In this document: positions 25,444-32,000 of the stretch, one piece after another
Position numbering within the stretch: the stretch's first letter is position 1
Layout of the letters: each line of letters begins with the position of its first letter
NCBI GenBank assembly: GCA_965219535.1
Contig: CBDCNV010000001.1
Location: 1,320,001-1,352,000, forward strand
Length of the DNA: 32,000 nucleotides
Reading direction: 5' to 3'
Origin: Opitutales bacterium
GTDB lineage: Bacteria > Verrucomicrobiota > Verrucomicrobiia > Opitutales > PNEW01
The notes under the pieces: generated by a model
Seen by the model: the letters and a program-made list of their open reading frames with translations, nothing else
Database searches by the model: none
What the model was told of the DNA's origin: nothing
Program-made: the position numbers and the translations under genes

Positions 25444-27546
25444 ATGATATCGCCAATAAAAATATATGTAAAGCTAGCACTCACGCTTCATTTATTGTAC
25501 TCATTTTCCCTCGGAGACATTTTTACGATAGAGCAAGTAGCGACGGGTCTTAGACAACCTGTTGCGATCACCCACGCGGGTGACGGTTCGAATCGACTTT
25601 TTATTACCCTTCAGGATGGAGAGATCGTCATTTTTGACGGGAATAATATTTTACCTGTCCCCTTTCTAGACATCGAGCAGCGTGTCTCCTCTTTCCAATC
25701 TGAACAAGGTTTGTTGAGCGTAGCTTTTCACCCCGACTACGGCAACAACGGGTTATTTTATGTAAACTATACTAACAACAGTGGTGATACGGTGATTGCC
25801 CGTTACCGTGTGACGAGTGATCCGAACATTGCCGATCCCAACTCTGCTGATATACTCTTAAACATTTCTCAACCTTTCGGTAATCATAATGGGGGACAAC
25901 TTCAGTTTGGACCTGATGGATATCTTTACATTGGGATGGGTGATGGCGGTGATGCAGGTGACCCATTCGATTACGGTCAGAACTTAAATACGCTCTTGGG
26001 TAAGATGCTGCGCATTGATGTCGATAGTGGGTCTCCCTATGCTATACCATCCGACAACCCCTTTGTCGGCGTATCGGGCGCACAGGATGAGATCTGGGCT
26101 TACGGTCTTCGCAATCCATGGCGTTTCAGTTTTGATCGACTCACCGGAGACCTTTTTATCGCTGACGTCGGTCAGAATAGTTGGGAATGGGTGAATTTCC
26201 AGTTGGCGAGCAGCACCGGCGGCGAAAATTACGGATGGAGATTAATGGAGGGGTCTAACTGTTTTAATCCTACCACCAACTGTAATGATGGCAGTTTGAT
26301 CCTGCCGATCCTGGAGTATAGCCACGGATTAGGTTGCTCAATTACAGGTGGCTACCGTTATCGGGGATCGATGATCCCGCAACTATCTGGAACCTATTTT
26401 TATGCCGATTACTGTTCCGGGAGGATCTGGGGAGCGACAGAAAGCAGTGACAACGTTTGGACGACGACGGAATTGATGGACACCGATTTTGCGATTAGTG
26501 CTTTTGGCGAAGACGAATTCGGCGAGCTTTATTTTACTCACTACGCCTCCCGCGGCGGAGGAACCATCTATCGCTTGGAACCTGATTTAGAAAATTTCCC
26601 ACCAGTAATCACCGCGCAACCCGTTAGCCAGGAAATACAGTCCGATACCTCAGTTGTTTTAATGGTGACAGCCAGCGGTAATGATCTCACTTTTCAGTGG
26701 TATTTTGGCAATAGCGGCGACACGTCTAATTTAATTGCAGGTGAAACCAATAGTACGCTTAACACTGGTCCCCTTGCAGCGAGCATCAACTACTGGGTGC
26801 AGGTAAGCAATCCTAATGGAACCGCTGACAGTGACACCGCGATCATCACCGTCACGGTTCCACCGGTGCCTCTCGTCCTCGACGGCTCAGGTGACATCGC
26901 TGGTGAAAACATCCAGCATCCGAATGGAAATATCTTTGACCAGGTGTTGCTCACGGGAGAATCCATCCAGCTCCAGGCCAGGCCGAACCAGATCACCCGC
27001 GTCTCTTTCATGGATGAATCCGAGGACATTGTGCAGGTTGAATTCTCAGGCACAGGTGCCTTCACCGTAACTCTGGATCCGGCTACTTTCTTACCCCCAG
27101 CTTTACCGCCACGCTACAATCAACAGGTAGAGTACGTGACCGGTACGCCGAGCTTGGTGATCGAAGGAGCAGATTCCAGTACCTTCTTCAGTATCTTCAC
27201 CGTAGGATCAATCAACGCGGTAAACCAAGCACTCTTTCCCGAAGGACAGGTCTATGATGCACAAGCTGACGTCACTTTTGTGGAAGTAATCAACTCAACG
27301 GGAATCGGTGGGATGCAATTGTCTAATACAGTATTCAGTGGAAGCACGGGCAGGGTAGGCGTCAATGCAAGAGGTGTGCCGATTGCGGTACGCTTAACAA
27401 TCGGTGACATCGATGCCAGTGGCGACGCTGTGCCCTATCTTTTGTTTGGTGAGGGTTCCTTTACAACACCGGCCAAGCAATCCCGGGTTGAGGATAACGG
27501 GTGGAGACTTGGCACAGACAAACGGAGCTTCAATCTTAGTCGCTGA
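25444..27546 (+). CDS. Secreted soluble-quinoprotein (GSDH/sorbosone dehydrogenase-like) beta-propeller protein with Ig-like and unknown C-terminal domains
   Basis: Signal-like start MISPIKIYVKLALTLHLLYS at the ATG at 25444. GSDH motifs: LLSVAFHPDY, HNGGQLQFGPDGYLYIGMGDGG, LLGKMLRIDVD, IWAYGLRNPWRFSFD. Then an Ig-like module (PPVITAQPVSQEIQSDTSV...TFQWY). The tracked ORF start (25354) lies inside the IS. The C-terminus appears frameshifted (see finding). Confidence 0.8.
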   Translation: MISPIKIYVKLALTLHLLYSFSLGDIFTIEQVATGLRQPVAITHAGDGSNRLFITLQDGEIVIFDGNNILPVPFLDIEQRVSSFQSEQGLLSVAFHPDYGNNGLFYVNYTNNSGDTVIARYRVTSDPNIADPNSADILLNISQPFGNHNGGQLQFGPDGYLYIGMGDGGDAGDPFDYGQNLNTLLGKMLRIDVDSGSPYAIPSDNPFVGVSGAQDEIWAYGLRNPWRFSFDRLTGDLFIADVGQNSWEWVNFQLASSTGGENYGWRLMEGSNCFNPTTNCNDGSLILPILEYSHGLGCSITGGYRYRGSMIPQLSGTYFYADYCSGRIWGATESSDNVWTTTELMDTDFAISAFGEDEFGELYFTHYASRGGGTIYRLEPDLENFPPVITAQPVSQEIQSDTSVVLMVTASGNDLTFQWYFGNSGDTSNLIAGETNSTLNTGPLAASINYWVQVSNPNGTADSDTAIITVTVPPVPLVLDGSGDIAGENIQHPNGNIFDQVLLTGESIQLQARPNQITRVSFMDESEDIVQVEFSGTGAFTVTLDPATFLPPALPPRYNQQVEYVTGTPSLVIEGADSSTFFSIFTVGSINAVNQALFPEGQVYDAQADVTFVEVINSTGIGGMQLSNTVFSGSTGRVGVNARGVPIAVRLTIGDIDASGDAVPYLLFGEGSFTTPAKQSRVEDNGWRLGTDKRSFNLSR

Positions 27547-27753
27547 AAGTGGATCGACTACCCTTGGTTTCGAATCCTTGATTTCACAGAACAATTTCAA
27601 ATCCGACAATACACCTCAACCGACTCAGAGCATCAATGCAACTTTCGTTAACGAGGATGGGGAGGTGATCGCTATCGCTGTGGAAGAGGAAACGATTGAA
27701 TAAAGCGAGCCGCCGTAGGCGAAGCTATGACGTGACATGTTTCGAATTTGGAA

Positions 27754-27778
27754 GATGTCGGACTTCGTCCTCGGTACG
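27754..27778 (-). repeat. Dispersed intergenic repeat R1 (copy 1, inverted orientation)
   Basis: The reverse complement CGTACCGAGGACGAAGTCCGACATC matches the copies at 29449 and 31230. Confidence 0.7.
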
Positions 27779-27885
27779 ATTTCAAATTGAGGAGGACATG
27801 AAATGATGAATTTTAATAATCTGCTTACGCACTCTACATTTTTAATTTTTCATTTATCACTTTCTCTTCAAACTCTCACATAAAT

Positions 27886-29280
27886 TCAAATTTTGGGGTG
27901 CATGGTGTGCCATTCAGTTGCTTGCTCGTATGCATGACCGACCTGACACAACAATGGTTCTGATAAATGTTTTGCCACAAACTGAAGGCTCAAAGGCAAC
28001 CCGTCTCTGTTCATTCCACAGGGAAGAGATAGAGTGGGTGCGCCGTTGAAGTTGAACGGTACCGTGAATCGTTGTCTCACAGGATCAAATTTTTCTGGCA
28101 CTGGTTTACTGAATTCTTCTAATTCAAACGGCTGTGCCGGATTCATCACCGAAGGACAGGCCAGGACATCAAACTGCTCAAAGACAGATCGGAGATAGCC
28201 CGTGCAGGTTGAGCGTAAATTATTTGCTTTGACGTACTTCGCTCCCGTGACTTTTGCGCCTCTGTCGAGCCAACTTAAAAACTTTGGGCCATAATCTTTT
28301 CTTTGGGAGGGGTAGGTCGCATCGTGGGCCGCAACCGCCTCTGCTGAACATAAAATAGACCACGCTTCCACATACTGATCCATGTCGGGCATGTGTAGAT
28401 TGACAATTTCAGCGCCAAGATCTTCCAGGATCTTAACCCCCTTTGACACTGCCTCGGCTGTCTCGGGATCAACGTCTCTGCTTGCATATTCTTCATCAAA
28501 ACCGATAACGACACCCTTTACGCCTTGGTCAAAATTTTCGAGCATGTCTGGTACTGGAGCGGGCAGGGAGGTGGGATCATTCGAGTCATATCCAGCGATG
28601 GCCTGAAGCATGATACCGGCGTCAGCAGTGCTTCTCGTGAGGGGACCCACATGGTCCAGCGATTCTGCGAGAGCCAACACCCCATAGCGACTTACTCTAC
28701 CCCAAGTGGGTTTTAGACCAACCGTTCCGCAAAGGGCAGATGGAAAGCGAATGGAGCCGCCGGTATCGCTAGCAAGCGATCCAAAACATAGACCTGCCGC
28801 GGTTGCCACTCCTGAACCGCTGGATGAACCGCCCGTCGTTCTTTCCGTATTCCAGGGATTGAGAGGCATGCCGTATTCAGTGTGGTAACCGCCCATCGCT
28901 CCCTCATTAAGGTTGAGTTTTCCCAGCAAGACAGCTCCAGCCGATTCCAGTCTCTCAACCACCGTGGAATCAAAGTCGGGAATGTGATTTGACAGCACAT
29001 TGCACCCACCCATCGTGCGGATGCCCTTCGTATAGTATAGATCTTTAACCGCGATTGGGATTCCGTGGAGTGGGCCGCGGTACCTGCCGGCTGTTATTTC
29101 TTCTTCTAACTTCCTCGCGACAGTCATTGCACGGTCACCCATGACCGTGACGTAACTTTTCAATTGACTATCCAGTCTTTCTATACGCTCCAACAGTTCT
29201 TCTGTCACCACCACGGGTGAAATTTGTTTTGACTTTATCTGTTCCGCGACCTCGGAAATAGTTTTAAAGTGATGTGACAT
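27886..29280 (-). CDS. Amidase-signature family amidase (GatA-like)
   Basis: Amidase signature GGSSSGSGVATAAGLCFGSLASDTGGSIRFPSALCG and the catalytic Lys region IPIAVKDL. The start is either the ATG at 29280 or the GTG at 29310. Confidence 0.85.
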   Translation of the reverse strand: MSHHFKTISEVAEQIKSKQISPVVVTEELLERIERLDSQLKSYVTVMGDRAMTVARKLEEEITAGRYRGPLHGIPIAVKDLYYTKGIRTMGGCNVLSNHIPDFDSTVVERLESAGAVLLGKLNLNEGAMGGYHTEYGMPLNPWNTERTTGGSSSGSGVATAAGLCFGSLASDTGGSIRFPSALCGTVGLKPTWGRVSRYGVLALAESLDHVGPLTRSTADAGIMLQAIAGYDSNDPTSLPAPVPDMLENFDQGVKGVVIGFDEEYASRDVDPETAEAVSKGVKILEDLGAEIVNLHMPDMDQYVEAWSILCSAEAVAAHDATYPSQRKDYGPKFLSWLDRGAKVTGAKYVKANNLRSTCTGYLRSVFEQFDVLACPSVMNPAQPFELEEFSKPVPEKFDPVRQRFTVPFNFNGAPTLSLPCGMNRDGLPLSLQFVAKHLSEPLLCQVGHAYEQATEWHTMHPKI

Positions 29281-29354
29281 GAGAGTTAAATGATAGGTTA
29301 AAAGGTTCACGGTTCAGGAAAGAAGTAAACGATGAACAGTAGAGATGTGGTAGC

Positions 29355-29386
29355 AGTGTTATGTTTTAAGTGTTAAGTTTTAGGTG
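29355..29386 (+). repeat. Dispersed intergenic repeat R3 (copy 2, internally duplicated)
   Basis: AGTGTTATGTTTTA followed by AGTGTTAAGTTTTAGGTG, the same word as at 23914 present twice in tandem. Confidence 0.55.
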
Positions 29387-29448
29387 AAGATTGTTCAAGG
29401 TTATGTGATTAAAAGCATGGTAGTATTCTCCAGAATTCAATCGACAAT

Positions 29449-29473
29449 CGTACCGGGGGCGAAGTCCGACATC
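29449..29473 (+). repeat. Dispersed intergenic repeat R1 (copy 2)
   Basis: CGTACCGGGGGCGAAGTCCGACATC has 2 mismatches to copy 1. Confidence 0.7.
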
Positions 29474-29493
29474 CTCAATATCGGCAGTCGGCA

Positions 29494-29530
29494 ATTGTTC
29501 TAACCCTAAACCTTGAACCGTGAACGGTCA
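29494..29530 (+). repeat. Dispersed intergenic repeat R2 (copy 1)
   Basis: ATTGTTCTAACCCTAAACCTTGAACCGTGAACGGTCA, compared with the copy at 31393. A related word (GAACCGTGAACC on the minus strand) also occurs at 29304..29318. Confidence 0.65.
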
Positions 29531-29585
29531 AAGATGGGGAATTTACATTATGGAATTGAAGATATTATTAAACCTTTGCTATTCA

Positions 29586-29660
<75 letters not shown>

Positions 29661-29713
29661 GAAAGAGGGATTAAGATCAAAGCATCAAGACGCCTGGAGT
29701 CAAGACCGAGTGT

Positions 29714-29793
29714 CCGGAAAGCCGGAGGGCCGGAAGAAGGGAAGAGCAGAAGACCGGAAAGCCGGAGAACAGGAAAGCCGGAAGAGCAGAAGA
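29714..29793. repeat. Purine-rich 2 x 40-bp imperfect tandem repeat
   Basis: Units at 29714..29753 and 29754..29793 share the first 14 nt (CCGGAAAGCCGGAG) and the last 12 nt (AAGAGCAGAAGA). The central 14 nt differ. Confidence 0.8.
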
Positions 29794-30153
29794 GGGGAAG
29801 GCGGGAAGTGTGGAAGAATGGATGGCTGGAAGAGGGGGAGGGGAAGTGAACAGTTGGGGAAGCGCGTCTCTCCATTTTTATTTTTGTTTTTATGGAGGGC
29901 CACGCGGAGCCTGTCGGCCATAGCCTCGGCGACGGCTGGTTGTGGCCGTTGAGAAGGTTGAATTAATATTTTATTGTGTGATGATGATCACGCATCCTTC
30001 CATCCATCCACCGATCCATTCTTCCTTCTTGTGTCTTTTATGGCTCTCGTACATTTTGAGGCTTACATGAATACATTTAATTATTCTATCATCAGGTTAT
30101 AAGGTTATAATTGACGAAGACGAGGAGGCAGACGAAGACGAAGCTTTTTTTAT

Positions 30154-31143
30154 ATGAATATATTAGTCATAGGCGGGGCGGGGTATATTGGGTCTCACTG
30201 TGTGCGGCAGTTGAAAGTTGCGGGTTATCGCGCGGTGGTGCTCGATAATTTTGTTACCGGGCATCGGCAGGCTATCGATCCCTCTATTACCCTATACGAA
30301 GGTGACCTGGGTGACGAAAAACTTGTCGGTGAAGTTTTGAAAAAAGAGGCTATTGATATTGTCATGCATTTTGCTGCTCACGCTTTTGTGGGGGAATCGG
30401 TGGAAGAGCCGTTAAAATATTATGATAACAATGTCGTGAAACCGATTCGTCTTCTACGAACGATGATCGCCCATACAGTTACTAAATTTGTCTTCTCCTC
30501 TTCCTGCGCTACTTACGGTGCGCCCGAGATACTTCCAATTACCGAAGATACGCCACAAGAGCCGATCAATCCTTATGGACAGACAAAACTCGATATGGAG
30601 AATATTCTTCGCGCCTCTGCCCATGCTTATGGTCTGAGCTTCGCAGCTTTCCGCTATTTCAATGCGGCAGGCGCAGCGAAAGACGGATCGATAGGGGAAG
30701 ATGTTGAACCGGCGACCCGACTCACCCCGATTGCAATCGCTGTTGCAATGGGGAAGCGAAAAGAACTCGAAATTTTCGGCACCGATTATCCCACCCCTGA
30801 CGGTACCTGTCTACGTGACTACGTGCATGTCGATGATCTTTCACGCGCGCATATAGCGATATTCGATAAACTCGATAGACCAGGGGCAGCCTATTTTTAT
30901 AATCTCGGTACGGGCAGACCCTATTCAGTACGTGAAGTCATTGAAGCAACGGAAAAAGTAACCGGGTTAAAGGTTCCGACAAAGGAATCATCACGACGGC
31001 CCGGTGATCCTCCCTCCTTGTACGCGGACTCGAGTAAAGCGCAAAAAGAATTGGACTGGAAGATTGAATACCCGGATATTGAATCGATAATCGAAACTTC
31101 CTGGAAGTGGCATCAAAGCCACCCAAATGGCTTTAGTCCCTAA
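30154..31143 (+). CDS. galE: UDP-glucose 4-epimerase
   Basis: MNILVIGGAGYIGSH Rossmann motif, catalytic YGQTK, RYFNAAGA, DGTCLRDYVHVDDL. The 329-aa length is typical. Confidence 0.9.
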   Translation: MNILVIGGAGYIGSHCVRQLKVAGYRAVVLDNFVTGHRQAIDPSITLYEGDLGDEKLVGEVLKKEAIDIVMHFAAHAFVGESVEEPLKYYDNNVVKPIRLLRTMIAHTVTKFVFSSSCATYGAPEILPITEDTPQEPINPYGQTKLDMENILRASAHAYGLSFAAFRYFNAAGAAKDGSIGEDVEPATRLTPIAIAVAMGKRKELEIFGTDYPTPDGTCLRDYVHVDDLSRAHIAIFDKLDRPGAAYFYNLGTGRPYSVREVIEATEKVTGLKVPTKESSRRPGDPPSLYADSSKAQKELDWKIEYPDIESIIETSWKWHQSHPNGFSP

Positions 31144-31229
31144 AGCCATTTGGATTGCGGAATTCGGATTGGGGATTAGGGATTAGGGATTGATACAACT
31201 TGTCATCGCGAGGCTATTTATCAGCCGTG

Positions 31230-31254
31230 GCTACCGAGGACGAAGTCCGACACC
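31230..31254 (+). repeat. Dispersed intergenic repeat R1 (copy 3)
   Basis: GCTACCGAGGACGAAGTCCGACACC shares the core TACCGAGGACGAAGTCCGACA with copy 1. Confidence 0.7.
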
Positions 31255-31392
31255 CCGCCACTCCAGGAGAATGTCGATAACGAAATGATTGCCAAATGGA
31301 ATGTAAGATGTCACTGCGCTCGGTAGCCGCCGTCGCGTTGCTCTTTGCAATGACAATAAAAATATATCTGCAATCCGATATCCGAAATCGTA

Positions 31393-31430
31393 AATTATTC
31401 TAACCGTGAACCTTGAACGGTGAACGTATC
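31393..31430 (+). repeat. Dispersed intergenic repeat R2 (copy 2)
   Basis: ATTATTCTAACCGTGAACCTTGAACGGTGAACGTATCA is collinear with copy 1, with a few substitutions and a 1-nt length difference. Confidence 0.65.
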
Positions 31431-31461
31431 AACCTACTAAAAAAATATCTTTGATATTTTT

Positions 31462-32000
31462 TTAGTACTTCAAAGAAAACTGTTCGATGCGTTTGCGGAG
31501 GGTGGAGCGGGTAATGCCGAGGATGGCTGCGGTCTTTACTTGATTGCCCCCGGTCTCTTTTAAGGCGCGTTGTATCATTTCACGCTCTATTTCCTGTAGG
31601 ATATCTTTATCCGCTTTACCCCTTATGTCCTGATATAATCGATCCATCATGTCCCCCGGATTCGCGTCTGGTGCTGTTGTGCTATTTCCCGCGGGCGCTG
31701 ATCCAATGAGCTCCGTTTTCTTGACTTCGGAGTCAGCGACATCAGGTGTGTCTTGTTCAACAACGTCACTTGATCCCAATCCATCGAGGATCTCCTGCGG
31801 AAGATTCTTAGCGAGAATGACATCACCCTGCGCAACAACGGCACTGCGTTGAATTGTGTTTTTCAATTCACGCACATTTCCCGGCCAATCATATTTCATT
31901 AATACGGACATGGCATCGGATGCGATCTGTTTAATAGCGGATTTCCCGCTTTTGACCAGTTCTTGAAGCATGAAATCAACGAGTTGCGGAATATCACCCT
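31462..32000 (-). CDS. Sigma-54-dependent transcriptional activator, C-terminal part (gene continues beyond the window)
   Basis: WPGNVRELKN (end of the AAA+ domain), a low-complexity linker and a Fis-type HTH (GGNQVKTAAILGITRSTLRKRIEQF). The ORF is open to the window edge. Confidence 0.85.
   Translation of the reverse strand, partial: GDIPQLVDFMLQELVKSGKSAIKQIASDAMSVLMKYDWPGNVRELKNTIQRSAVVAQGDVILAKNLPQEILDGLGSSDVVEQDTPDVADSEVKKTELIGSAPAGNSTTAPDANPGDMMDRLYQDIRGKADKDILQEIEREMIQRALKETGGNQVKTAAILGITRSTLRKRIEQFSLKY

Noticed and set aside
29501-29512. Telomere-like words: AACCCTAAACC (29501..) and (GGGATTA)x3 at about 31171..31191
   Set aside because: These are single or triple short units embedded in bacterial intergenic repeats between ordinary bacterial genes. 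There is no array, so no case for telomeric or eukaryotic origin.
29700-29760. GTCCGGAAAG...GGAAGAAGGGAAGAGCAG resembles the SRP (4.5S) RNA domain IV sequence GGUCCGGAAGGAAGCAGCC
   Set aside because: Only the short words match. The flanking sequence cannot form the conserved helix with symmetric and asymmetric loops, and the stretch is part of a tandem repeat.

Overview
Bacterial chromosomal or accessory DNA of moderate-to-low GC; I cannot assign a taxon. All calls rest on manual reading of the sequence and ORF translations, with no database search. Two copies of a 1287-bp IS3-family element (81..1367 and 24061..25402) lie in direct orientation, both with the transposase on the minus strand. 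I found only one substitution between them, plus a 55-bp tandem duplication that breaks the transposase of copy B. They bracket a 22.7-kb mixed-function segment. None of the four IS junctions shows a target-site duplication. Copy A abuts a 5'-truncated FtsX/MacB-type permease whose missing part is not on the other side of the IS. The bracketed segment encodes two PhyH-type dioxygenases and a glycine-zipper/coiled-coil secreted protein. It also encodes a cytoplasmic multi-PAS hybrid histidine kinase translationally coupled to a REC-AAA+ sigma-54 activator, which is split by a 1-nt deletion. Downstream, two sigma-54-type (-24/-12) promoters, each preceded by CACGG/CCGTG dyads, head a cluster of thiol/redox genes: AhpD-like, tautomerase-like, YHS, Prx-like CPYC, SDR and NTF2-like. 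A CDPC thioredoxin is divergent from the first promoter. The rest of the segment holds GNAT, methyltransferase, two Sel1-repeat proteins, a Gfo/Idh/MocA oxidoreductase, a REC-only regulator, a VOC protein, a Cys-rich SufR-like regulator and an NBD-only Hsp70 paralogue. Right of copy B lie a GSDH-type beta-propeller dehydrogenase with Ig-like and unknown C-terminal domains (frame break near its end), an amidase, tRNA-CAT, galE and the 3' part of a second sigma-54 activator. The intergenic regions of this right-hand part share several short repeat families. The best candidate for something undescribed is the sigma-54/two-component-controlled redox module inside the IS-bracketed segment. I saw no CRISPR array, integrase, reverse transcriptase or recognisable defence or toxin system.
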